From Patescibacteria group bacterium (GTDB lineage Bacteria; Patescibacteriota; Patescibacteriia; UBA9934), in contig JAGORL010000001.1 of the NCBI GenBank assembly GCA_018062825.1, forward strand, positions 247,074 through 311,073: a stretch of DNA of 64,000 nucleotides, written 5' to 3'. Positions within the stretch are counted from its first letter, which is position 1; every line of letters begins with the position of its first letter. The position numbers and the translations under genes are program-made. The notes beneath the pieces are model-generated. The model was not told where the DNA came from and did not search any database. It saw only the letters and a program-made list of their open reading frames with translations. Positions 49,812 through 58,229 of the stretch are shown in pieces.

Positions 49812-50483
49812 ATGAATATTGTATTTGGCGCAAAGGCTCTAGCATTAACTATTCCGGCTCTTGGTGCCGCCGTTGGTGGCACGGCCCTTGTTACGCAAGA
49901 TGCTCAGGCCCATCTAATGAACGTTTCTGGTGCTGAGCGTCAGGAGATTCGTACGGAGCGCCGTGAAGATGCCAAGGCTGTTAAAGCCGCTATTGAAACA
50001 AATGATTTTGCGGCTTTTCAAGAAATCTCTACTGAGCGTCCCGGTCTTGCTGAGATTACTACTGAACAGTTTGCTGTCATGGTTGAGGCCAATGCCTTAA
50101 AGGAGGCGGGGGATCATGAAGCGGCCCGTGCGCTGATGCAAGAGGCCGGACTAGAGCTGCCACGCCCATTCCACGGTCACCGTGGTCGTGCAGCGCTCAC
50201 AGCTGAAGAGCGTGAAGATATGAAGGCAGATATGGAGGCGGTACGCACAGCATTGAATGATCGTGATTACGCCTCGTATCTTGAGCTCACTCCTGATCGT
50301 CCGTTCTTAAATCAGGTAACGCAGGAGCAGTTTAATGTCCTTGCTGATGCCCAGGAGCTACGTGAGGCCGGTGATTTTGAAGGAGCAATTGATCTTCTTC
50401 AAGAAGCTGGTCTTGAGCACGCTGGTCCAGGCGGAAAGTTTGGCCACCGAGTTGTGCGCGGCAATGAGTCAGTACAAGAGTAA
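49812..50483 (+). CDS. secreted protein with two tandem repeats of about 100 aa
   Basis: Signal-like N-terminus. Repeat units ..FAAFQEISTERPGLAEITTEQFAVMVEANALKEAGDHEAA.. and ..YASYLELTPDRPFLNQVTQEQFNVLADAQELREAGDFEGA.. Confidence 0.5.
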   Translation: MNIVFGAKALALTIPALGAAVGGTALVTQDAQAHLMNVSGAERQEIRTERREDAKAVKAAIETNDFAAFQEISTERPGLAEITTEQFAVMVEANALKEAGDHEAARALMQEAGLELPRPFHGHRGRAALTAEEREDMKADMEAVRTALNDRDYASYLELTPDRPFLNQVTQEQFNVLADAQELREAGDFEGAIDLLQEAGLEHAGPGGKFGHRVVRGNESVQE

Positions 50484-50485
50484 AT

Positions 50486-50512
50486 AAAAAACGCCCAACC
50501 GGGCGTTTTTTA
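50486..50512. terminator. bidirectional terminator AAAAACGCCC aacc GGGCGTTTTT
   Basis: Between convergent genes. Confidence 0.8.
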
Positions 50513-50513
50513 T

Positions 50514-51968
50514 TTAGATCAGTGTGCCAAGATCAAGTTCCTGGGTAAAGGTGATCTCTTTCACGAAGTCTGGAGCGTGGCTAACCATGATCATTGCGCC
50601 TTCATATTTCTGGAGCGCGCGAGCAATCACTGGAAGATGACGGAAGTTGATGTGATTGGTTGGCTCGTCGAGAATAAGGAGGCCTGGCTTTTGTAGCACG
50701 AAGCGTGCAAAACACAGAAGTCCTTTTTGACCTTCAGAGAGCGCGCCGACCTTGGTACCGATAACGTCAGTCGTCAGCAGGAAATGAGCACCAACGGCAC
50801 GAATAGTTTGATCATCCGGCACTTTCATCATGCTAGCAAGCGACTGGTACGCTGTCTGATCAAAATCTAATCCTGAGAAGTCCTGGCGATAGTAGCCAAC
50901 GCTCACATCTTTCGCGATTGAAGCACCCTCATCTGACTCGTCAGCAAGAGAGCGTAGGAATGTACTCTTGCCAATACCGTTCGGGCCAGAGATAAGGAGG
51001 CGCTGGCCTTTACGCAAATAGAGCTTGCGTTCAACGCGGTGCGGCTCATGATTCTTAATCACCTTGATCGACGAAATAGTCAGGACGTTGTCAGACCATG
51101 GTTGTGTTGGAATTTCAAAGTCACGAATGGTGCGATCATCCTTGCGTACATCAACCATGTTTTCTTCTGCGTCACTCACTTGATCACGCAACTTGCTGGC
51201 AAGCTTACGCATCTTTCCACCTTTTTGTGCAAAGAAGTTAATCTTATCTTTACGATCCTGGATCTCTTTCAAAAGGCGAGCGTTCTTCATGCGATCACGT
51301 TCCAAGCGAGCGGTGATCTCCTCAACCACGTCAAAGTAGTTACCTTCATAGCGATCAACCTTGCCGCTATAGACATCAAGATGCAAAACGCCTTCAGTAA
51401 AGGTATTTAAGAAATCAGCATCGTGCGAGATGACGAGTACTGTCTTTGGATACATGATGAGAAACGCGGTGAGGTGCGCGATGCCATCGGTATCAAGATT
51501 GTTCGTTGGCTCATCAAGAAGCAGGATTTCAGGCTCCTGGATAAGAGCGTAGGCAAGTAAGAGTCGTGCCTGTTGTCCGCCGGAGAAATCCTTGATCTTC
51601 TTATCAAGCGGGGTTTGGAGGTTGACCGTCTCCAATACTTCAGTGATCCGGCGATCAAGATCGTAGAGCTTTTCCTCAAACGCTGTAGCAAAGAACTCGG
51701 AAACCGTAAGTTCCATGCGCTCACGTGGCATGACCTGAGTAGCGATCGCGACCTTAGCTCCTTGCTTAAGGTGAATCTGGCCACGGTCGGGCTGGAGCGC
51801 GCCAGTAAGAAGTTTAAAAATTGTGCTCTTTCCAGCGCCATTTTGGCCCATAACGGTGATCTTGGCGTTCTCACGCACAGAGAATTCAGCCTCGTCGAGC
51901 ACGAGATTTTCTGCATCGTAACCAAAGGTTACTTTGTCAAAGCGAATGACGACATCTCCATGATCCAT
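50514..51968 (-). CDS. ABC-F family ATPase (two tandem ABC domains, no TM domain)
   Basis: Two Walker A motifs (GQNGAGKST, GPNGIGKST) and two signature motifs (FSGGQQARL, LSEGQKGLL). Confidence 0.85.
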   Translation of the reverse strand: MDHGDVVIRFDKVTFGYDAENLVLDEAEFSVRENAKITVMGQNGAGKSTIFKLLTGALQPDRGQIHLKQGAKVAIATQVMPRERMELTVSEFFATAFEEKLYDLDRRITEVLETVNLQTPLDKKIKDFSGGQQARLLLAYALIQEPEILLLDEPTNNLDTDGIAHLTAFLIMYPKTVLVISHDADFLNTFTEGVLHLDVYSGKVDRYEGNYFDVVEEITARLERDRMKNARLLKEIQDRKDKINFFAQKGGKMRKLASKLRDQVSDAEENMVDVRKDDRTIRDFEIPTQPWSDNVLTISSIKVIKNHEPHRVERKLYLRKGQRLLISGPNGIGKSTFLRSLADESDEGASIAKDVSVGYYRQDFSGLDFDQTAYQSLASMMKVPDDQTIRAVGAHFLLTTDVIGTKVGALSEGQKGLLCFARFVLQKPGLLILDEPTNHINFRHLPVIARALQKYEGAMIMVSHAPDFVKEITFTQELDLGTLI

Positions 51969-52114
51969 AAGCGAAAGTTAAAATTGCGCTGAAGTAAACC
52001 ATGATTTGAGCTTTTGTACAAGGGCAAGAACGGGGAGCTTGACCTATCAAGGGAATCCTATATTCTCGGTACGTGGTCACTTCCATTATCTTAAAACGAC
52101 CACAAAAATACCCT

Positions 52115-52657
52115 ATGTCGCACCCACTCGTGAACCAAAAGGTTCCAAGCGTGGTCTTTAAGACCCGTGTCCGAGATGAATCGATCGGCGGTGAGAACCC
52201 TTTCCGCTGGGAAGATAAGTCAACAGATCAGATCTTCTCAGGTAAAAAGGTGGTAGTTTTCTCTCTACCTGGCGCATTTACCCCAACCTGCTCTTCAACA
52301 CACGCTCCTGGCTACGATGCCAAGCATGAAGAATTTAAGAAGCATGGTGTTGATCAGGTTATCTGTCTGTCAGTGAATGATGCCTTTGTCATGAAGCAGT
52401 GGGCAGACAAGCTCGGTCTCAAGAATGTGTACATGTTGCCAGATGGTAATGCCGAGTTTACCCGCAAAATGGGCATGCTCGTACGCAAAGAGAACCTTGG
52501 CTTTGGTGAGCGATCATGGCGCTACTCTATGCTTGTAGAGGATGGAACCATCAAAAAGATGTTTGTCGAGCCAGGCTTTGCCGATGATTACGAACAAGAT
52601 CCATTTGAAGTGAGTGATGCCGATACCATGCTCAAGTGGTTGAGTGAGCAGAAGTAA
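52115..52657 (+). CDS. peroxiredoxin (Prx5-like)
   Basis: PGAFTPTCS peroxidatic-Cys motif. ORF track starts at 52073; ATG (MSHPLV) chosen. Confidence 0.8.
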   Translation: MSHPLVNQKVPSVVFKTRVRDESIGGENPFRWEDKSTDQIFSGKKVVVFSLPGAFTPTCSSTHAPGYDAKHEEFKKHGVDQVICLSVNDAFVMKQWADKLGLKNVYMLPDGNAEFTRKMGMLVRKENLGFGERSWRYSMLVEDGTIKKMFVEPGFADDYEQDPFEVSDADTMLKWLSEQK

Positions 52658-52711
52658 GAAAAAAAAGACCCATGCGCAAGCCTGGGTCTTTTGCTACACT
52701 ACGGTGAACGT

Positions 52712-53881
52712 ATGAATGATAAAGTATTTTACAGTAAACTACAGGCTCGGCATGTGTCATTGCAAGAGATTTTGAAGAACCCAAGCTGGTTTCAGGATGT
52801 TCCGGCTGATTGGTGGGTGATCGTCACCGACATTCAAGGTTCAACAAAAGCCATGGAGGCTGGCCGGGGAAAAGATATCGGTACAATTGCCGGCAGCTGC
52901 GTGATCGCATGTTTGAATATTGCCAAGCAACTCAAGATTGATGTGCCATTTTTCTATGGTGGCGATGGTGCAACATTTATTGTGCCAGGAGCGTGCGTAG
53001 AGCAGATGGTAGCGGCACTTAAGGATTTGCGAATGAACGTAGCGAAAACCTACGGCTTACCGCTCAGAGTCGGAGCGGTGCAGGTACAGAAAATTTATGA
53101 TCAAGGCGTTCAATTAAGACTGGCAAAGTGGTCAGTAGCGCCTGGATACTTACAGGCAGTAGCGCTCGGTAATGGGCTACCAATGGCGGATAAGCTCATT
53201 AAAGCCGAGCGTGGCGACAAGGGTGACGATATGCCTGCCATGGGAAAGGTGGATCTTGAAGGATTGATGTGCCGCTGGAATGCAATCGATCCAAAAGAGC
53301 CGCGAGAAGAGGTGGTGTGTGTGATTCTTGAGGCTACAGAAGTTGCAAAACAGGGCGAGGTATATGCCAAGGTCATTGATCTTATTGATGATATCTACGG
53401 CTCGTATCACGATCGTCACCCAGTGCAAAAACAGATGATGACTCCGGCGGTAAGTTGGCCAGGCATTGCGCGACGTGAAAAACTCGGGAGCGGTCGGCGC
53501 TTGTCCTTGCGTATGTTTGATGAAGCAGCACGCGCTATGATGCATGCGGTTATTTTCCGCTTTGGCTTGCGTATTGGTAGCTTTGAGCCAGCAGAGTATC
53601 TGCGCCAACTCATGCTCGCAACCGATACGTTGCACGTTGGCGGAACCATGCACACCATTATTTCCGGAACCGCAGAGCAGCGCCGAAAGCTGCGTGAGGC
53701 GCTGGATACGCTTGAGGTAGACAAAGAGATACTATACGGACTTGCCGCTTGCCCATCTTCAGTTATGACGTGTTACGTGCAGCGCCTTGATGAAGGCGGT
53801 CATATGCACTTTGTTGATGGTGCGGGTGGGGGATACACGCTCGCGTCACGCGAGTGGAAAGCAAAACGCGTAACCAAGTAA
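52712..53881 (+). CDS. hypothetical protein, possibly DUF3095-like with a nucleotidyl-cyclase-like N-terminus
   Basis: WVIVTDIQGSTKAME resembles the class III cyclase FADIVGFT region. The family assignment is from memory and uncertain. Confidence 0.4.
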   Translation: MNDKVFYSKLQARHVSLQEILKNPSWFQDVPADWWVIVTDIQGSTKAMEAGRGKDIGTIAGSCVIACLNIAKQLKIDVPFFYGGDGATFIVPGACVEQMVAALKDLRMNVAKTYGLPLRVGAVQVQKIYDQGVQLRLAKWSVAPGYLQAVALGNGLPMADKLIKAERGDKGDDMPAMGKVDLEGLMCRWNAIDPKEPREEVVCVILEATEVAKQGEVYAKVIDLIDDIYGSYHDRHPVQKQMMTPAVSWPGIARREKLGSGRRLSLRMFDEAARAMMHAVIFRFGLRIGSFEPAEYLRQLMLATDTLHVGGTMHTIISGTAEQRRKLREALDTLEVDKEILYGLAACPSSVMTCYVQRLDEGGHMHFVDGAGGGYTLASREWKAKRVTK

Positions 53882-53914
53882 AACAAACACGAGCCATTGG
53901 CTCGTGTTTGTTTT
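53881..53914. terminator. bidirectional terminator AAACAAACACGAGCC attg GCTCGTGTTTGTTTT
   Basis: Perfect 15-bp stem. Confidence 0.8.
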
Positions 53915-53916
53915 GT

Positions 53917-54906
53917 CTAATCACGCTCAACCGTTTCACTGATGCGATACTTTGGGAAGAAGCCATCAGGTAAGTCATGCACGAGCTTTGCCCAGTCCTC
54001 ACCGTAAAGTTCGGTAGCAAGTTCAGAGCTTGGTACCCAGTGAAGGGCGCCATTCTTACCCACGGTGTAGATCTTTGGATCACTCATGATCTTAAGTAAG
54101 TATGAGCCGGGTTTGTAGGTGACGACGCCTTTAATCGGAAGCGCTGCCATCTCGTCGGTGGTAATGATTTCAACATCGTCAAAATCCTCATACCACGAGA
54201 AGAACGTTTTCTCATTTTGAAAGACATAGCGCCCGCCGTCTGAGCCACAGTAATACACTGTCGATACGTCAGGGGTGCGAATTAAGCTATCGGAAGTGCA
54301 GGATTCTGGATAATCAGCGATTTCAAGATCCTTGTCATCATTGATTGATGTTGCTCGTGAACGCTCAAGCTCAATGTTATAGGTAAGAGATCCCTCTGCG
54401 GCAATAAGTGAAGCGTAGGGGTTAATAGCGGTGTCCCCATCATAAATTTCAAAGTGCAGATGCGAACCAATGCTCTCAGCATTGCCGCTATCGCCAACGT
54501 ACGCAATATGCTGTCCACGTGTAACGCGTGTACCGTCACGTACCCCATCTGCATACGCGTAGCGTACGCCGCCATCGCCGTCGTCAGTTCCTGGAGTGTC
54601 GTTATTAAGGTGGATGAAATTATACGTATACCCATCATCGCCTCGAAGCGTCATCATGTAGCCATAGCTTGGTTCCGTGGTTGGCGCAAACGTAATGCGA
54701 CCATCCGTAGGGGCAAGTACACGAATCATTTTATCAGCCATGAGGTCAATGGCATTATGCTGCCGACCGCCACTACGAGACTGCGTAAAGTCATCAATAA
54801 ACGTTGCTGGTCCATCGACGGGAAAGGTAATATCAATAACCGTCTGTGCATGAGCCAAAGTTGGCACAAAGGCAATCAAGAGCGCAAAGAAAAGAAGATG
54901 ACGCAT
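53917..54906 (-). CDS. M23-family metallopeptidase (secreted)
   Basis: HxxxD (HNAIDL) and HLHFE zinc ligands plus a signal peptide. ATG (MRHLLFF) chosen inside the ORF-track frame. Confidence 0.85.
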   Translation of the reverse strand: MRHLLFFALLIAFVPTLAHAQTVIDITFPVDGPATFIDDFTQSRSGGRQHNAIDLMADKMIRVLAPTDGRITFAPTTEPSYGYMMTLRGDDGYTYNFIHLNNDTPGTDDGDGGVRYAYADGVRDGTRVTRGQHIAYVGDSGNAESIGSHLHFEIYDGDTAINPYASLIAAEGSLTYNIELERSRATSINDDKDLEIADYPESCTSDSLIRTPDVSTVYYCGSDGGRYVFQNEKTFFSWYEDFDDVEIITTDEMAALPIKGVVTYKPGSYLLKIMSDPKIYTVGKNGALHWVPSSELATELYGEDWAKLVHDLPDGFFPKYRISETVERD

Positions 54907-54982
54907 ATACAGGTGACTATAACCGAACGTGAACAAAAAAGAAAAACCACCCCGTGATAAGTGCGGAGTGGTTTTTGGGTGA

Positions 54983-55405
54983 TTATTCGCCAAGTGTCAG
55001 TGGAATCTGGGTCATGTTAATTTCACGACCAGAGTCATCGGTGTTATAAAGTTCAAGCGTAATGCTAGGGCCGGTCGGAGAGAACATGTACACGGCATTA
55101 AATACGTACGTTCCATCAGGTTGTGGCATTACTTCCGAAGTAACGTTCCAGCTGCCATCGCTCTCAATGACACGAGCGTAGATTTTTAGCTCAGGATTAG
55201 TGGTTGTACCCTCAATGCGTAGCGGACTGGTAACGGTTGCATTTGCGGCAGGCGTGGTAACTACGGTATCAGCGGACATTTGCAGGCCACTCATATCATC
55301 ACCATTCATCATGCCACCATTATCACTTGTTCCAGAGCAGCCTGCACCAAGAAGTGCCACGCTGGCCATGATCATTACTACACCAGATAGAAGCTTTTTG
55401 CTCAT
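54983..55405 (-). CDS. lipoprotein (lipobox LLGAGC)
   Basis: Signal peptide plus lipobox; the mature domain is Thr/Gly-rich. Confidence 0.55.
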   Translation of the reverse strand: MSKKLLSGVVMIMASVALLGAGCSGTSDNGGMMNGDDMSGLQMSADTVVTTPAANATVTSPLRIEGTTTNPELKIYARVIESDGSWNVTSEVMPQPDGTYVFNAVYMFSPTGPSITLELYNTDDSGREINMTQIPLTLGE

Positions 55406-55453
55406 AAAATAAAGATACGAATATAAAAGTATGATACCTTATGCCTCGAAAGT

Positions 55454-55894
55454 ATGGGAAGTAAAATAGCGCTACCTACCGTAAAAATTGGCAAATACGC
55501 AATTAAACGCAAACGCGGTTTATCAGGCTTGGGTCTTTTTGCGTTAGAGGCAATTCCAAAAGGCGAGTATGTGGTGGAGTACTGGGGGCGCATGTTGAAT
55601 GATGCCGAGGCTCAGCAAACTGGCGGTAAGTACCTTTTTGAACTCAGCAAGCATCGAACGATCGACGGTTCATCGCGGGATAATCTAGCGCGTTATATCA
55701 ACCACGCCTGCCGACCAAATTGTGAAATTGAGATCAAGAAAGGTCGCGTGCTCATCTTCTCAAAGAAGGCAATCAAAGCCGGTGAAGAATTAACCTACGA
55801 TTACGGTAAAGAGTACGTTGACGAATTCATTAAGCCTTACGGATGCCGGTGCGCCACCTGTGCCGCGAAGAAACAAAAAACTCCCACCGCCTAA
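55454..55894 (+). CDS. SET-domain protein (putative protein-lysine N-methyltransferase)
   Basis: SET signatures NHACRPNC and ELTYDY, plus a C-terminal Cys cluster CRCATC (post-SET-like). Confidence 0.8.
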   Translation: MGSKIALPTVKIGKYAIKRKRGLSGLGLFALEAIPKGEYVVEYWGRMLNDAEAQQTGGKYLFELSKHRTIDGSSRDNLARYINHACRPNCEIEIKKGRVLIFSKKAIKAGEELTYDYGKEYVDEFIKPYGCRCATCAAKKQKTPTA

Positions 55895-55909
55895 GCGGGG
55901 GAGTTTTTT
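55877..55909. terminator. terminator hairpin AAAACTCCC-ACCGC ctaa GCGG-GGGAGTTTTTT
   Basis: The stop codon of the SET-domain gene lies in the loop. Sits between convergent genes. Confidence 0.65.
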
Positions 55910-55911
55910 AG

Positions 55912-56541
55912 TTATTCAGCGCTCTCGCCGGCGTTAGCCTGGGCGATGATTGCGTTCAACGTTGTAAGAATGGTATCGAGCTTAGCATTAATTGCTGCAA
56001 GCTCTGCACTAGTGTTGCCACCAGTTGCCTGTTCAGCACGAGGTGCTGAGTAGCTTGGTGTTTCCTGACGCTCACCTGCACCTGCTCCTGCTCCTTCACC
56101 ACCGGTGAAGCAAGGCTTGCAGTAAACTGGGCGAGTGCCCATTGGGCGGAAAGGAACTTCACAGCGTGTTCCGCAAGAGCTGCACTCCGTGTTGAACATC
56201 TGCTTCTCTTCACGGTCTCCGTACGAAGGGCGTGAGAATGAGCTTGAACGCTCTTCGCCACCGCCTTCATTCTTGAAACAATCACGGCAGTAAACCGGGC
56301 GACCCTGCGTAGGACGGAACGGTACGCGGCAAGCGTTACCACAACCAGCACACGTAGCATCATGAAGGTCTGGACGAGCGGCATCGCGATCAGCGCTACC
56401 ATTGCTCCAAGCTCCACGACCACCAACACCACCCTTATGACCACCAAAGCGGTTACCACCACCACCGAACTTTTTACCACCAAAACCACCACGGCTCTTA
56501 TAGCCACCACTTGAACGATCGTCGCGAGAGAAATTCTTCAT
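55912..56541 (-). CDS. Gly/Arg-rich protein with two tandem CxxCG...PFRP...RPVYCxxC zinc-ribbon modules
   Basis: N-terminal RGG/GGF low complexity; CAGCGNACRVPFRPTQGRPVYCRDC and CSSCGTRCEVPFRPMGTRPVYCKPC; C-terminal helical tail. Confidence 0.6.
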   Translation of the reverse strand: MKNFSRDDRSSGGYKSRGGFGGKKFGGGGNRFGGHKGGVGGRGAWSNGSADRDAARPDLHDATCAGCGNACRVPFRPTQGRPVYCRDCFKNEGGGEERSSSFSRPSYGDREEKQMFNTECSSCGTRCEVPFRPMGTRPVYCKPCFTGGEGAGAGAGERQETPSYSAPRAEQATGGNTSAELAAINAKLDTILTTLNAIIAQANAGESAE

Positions 56542-56575
56542 AGATATTTCGCGAAGGTTAGCAGATTTTTAGAAA

Positions 56576-57478
56576 TCATGCAAGTGCTGACTGGCTTTCC
56601 TCGCATTTTACTGAGCAATATTGCGGCTTTTGAGCACAATCCTCGCAAATAATAAGTTGACGGTGACACTCGTCAATCGCGCAATTGCCAAAGCGTTCTG
56701 ACCCGTTTTTACATGAGACGCAGCGGCCAATAACCGGATAATTATCTGTAAAATTCTCGGTAAGGCGATCATCAAATACGTAGAGCGAACCCTGAAACTC
56801 TTGGCCAGGATACTGCTTCATGTAGGTGCCGATACCGCCATGCAGTTGGTACACGTCTTCAAAGCCCTGCTGTTTCAAAAAGCCCGAAGCCTTCTCGCAG
56901 CGAACGCCATACGTGCAGACGGTAAGCACCTTTTTCTTTTTGATCTCAGTGAAGTTCTTAGCAATCTCCGGAAGATCTCGGAAGTTGCGCATGCCGCTTT
57001 CACGCGATCCCACAAAGTGACCAACGTTATATTCGTAGTCATTGCGCATGTCGATGATTTCAAAGTCTTCACCATTTTCAAACCAGCGCTTCAACTCTTC
57101 AGCGGAAATATGTTTACCGGTAACCTCATTCGGATCAATGTCTTGATCTTGAGCAAGTCCGGTAGCAACGATCTCAGTTCGAACCTTGATCTTCAATTTA
57201 GGAAACGCTTTGCCAGTTCCAGGGCTCGACTTAAACCAAACGTCAGAAAAGTTACCAAAGGTGCCAGTTGAACCATCCTGCGCGTGCATCTGTTCTTCAA
57301 AAGCACGAACATTCTCCGGTACTCCTTCAACGGTACCGTTGATACCTTCTTGAGCAAGAAGAATGCGGCCTTTGAGCGACAGCTTTTCGCATGTTGTTCG
57401 TAGCCACATCATAAAACCAGCCGGATCCTTGATCGGCGTGTATTTATAGAAGATGATGATTTCGTAGGCGGATTTCAT
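56576..57478 (-). CDS. trhO: rhodanese-domain tRNA uridine(34) hydroxylase (TrhO/YceA family)
   Basis: UPF0176 N-terminal domain, rhodanese Cys loop CTYGVRC and a C-terminal Cys-rich tail. Confidence 0.8.
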   Translation of the reverse strand: MKSAYEIIIFYKYTPIKDPAGFMMWLRTTCEKLSLKGRILLAQEGINGTVEGVPENVRAFEEQMHAQDGSTGTFGNFSDVWFKSSPGTGKAFPKLKIKVRTEIVATGLAQDQDIDPNEVTGKHISAEELKRWFENGEDFEIIDMRNDYEYNVGHFVGSRESGMRNFRDLPEIAKNFTEIKKKKVLTVCTYGVRCEKASGFLKQQGFEDVYQLHGGIGTYMKQYPGQEFQGSLYVFDDRLTENFTDNYPVIGRCVSCKNGSERFGNCAIDECHRQLIICEDCAQKPQYCSVKCEESQSALA

Positions 57479-57537
57479 GGCAAAAGAGTACTAAAATTAT
57501 CAAAAAAAGAAAAGTCAGGAGGCTTGAGATATAAAGA

Positions 57538-57567
57538 CGCACCATGCCGACGTGCCGGCATGGTGCG
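57538..57567 (-). terminator. terminator hairpin with a 12-bp stem CGCACCATGCCG / CGGCATGGTGCG
   Basis: Downstream of the minus-strand GC-rich gene ending at 57577; followed by a T-rich tract on that strand. Confidence 0.6.
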
Positions 57568-57576
57568 TGGTGCTCG

Positions 57577-57888
57577 CTACCGCGTCTCGCGAGCCTTAAG
57601 GACGAAGTCGAGCTTGTTCATGACCTTCATCGTACGCTCAGCCTCGACCACACCAAGCGTCGTGATGCGGTACTTGGTGTCAGGGTTGCGGCCGGCGCCA
57701 GTAACAAGTCCGGCGTCGATGAACTTGCTCAGCACTTCGCGCACCTCTGCGATCACGAGGCTGACCTTGGCATCGGTGAGGCCGATCATGCGCTCACGAA
57801 TGCGTTCAGCCGTGAAGCCGCTATCGGAGTCGTTGCGGTCGACGTACAGGGAGCACAGGATTGGAGCAGCGAAGAGTGTGTGATGCAT
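57577..57888 (-). CDS. small GC-rich hypothetical protein, possibly a winged-helix DNA-binding protein
   Basis: ATG (MHHTLF) with GGAGG 5 nt upstream. The C-terminal half (TGAGRNPDTKYRITTLG) looks like a wing/turn. The assignment is weak. Confidence 0.4.
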   Translation of the reverse strand: MHHTLFAAPILCSLYVDRNDSDSGFTAERIRERMIGLTDAKVSLVIAEVREVLSKFIDAGLVTGAGRNPDTKYRITTLGVVEAERTMKVMNKLDFVLKARETR

Positions 57889-57934
57889 GTAACCTCCGGC
57901 GCTAAAGTAAGCCAAATTTTATGAAAAGTCAAGC

Positions 57935-58228
57935 CTAAGGCTTGATGAGGGTAAGTATAAAATCAATATCTTTTCCGGTTTCAGCACCGATTATCTGACG
58001 CACTTCCTTTTTCAACGGCAGAAGAAAACCAGTCCTCTTATCAGGGAAAATGGCGGTTTCCCAGCTATGAGCGCCGACTCTTACCATCACCTTACGAGAT
58101 CCCCAGCCTTTTGCTCGAGGCAGGGTGGCAATCGAATCACTGACCTCTCGTGGCAGACTGACGAAATACCAAGAGGCTTTTTCACCAGGATACTTCCACA
58201 TTGAAGCCGTGAAGTGAAACAACTTCAT
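57935..58228 (-). CDS. DUF1905-like small protein
   Basis: 97 aa; W..PG.K.SWYFV.LP...S......KGWGS.KV.V.VG...W.T.IFP pattern. Confidence 0.55.
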   Translation of the reverse strand: MKLFHFTASMWKYPGEKASWYFVSLPREVSDSIATLPRAKGWGSRKVMVRVGAHSWETAIFPDKRTGFLLPLKKEVRQIIGAETGKDIDFILTLIKP

Positions 58229-58229
58229 A

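Noticed and set aside
52042-52072. Candidate promoter upstream of the peroxiredoxin gene (TTGACC … TATATT)
   Set aside because: The spacer length is only about 14-15 nt on my count, so the match to the sigma70 consensus is not convincing enough to list as a feature.
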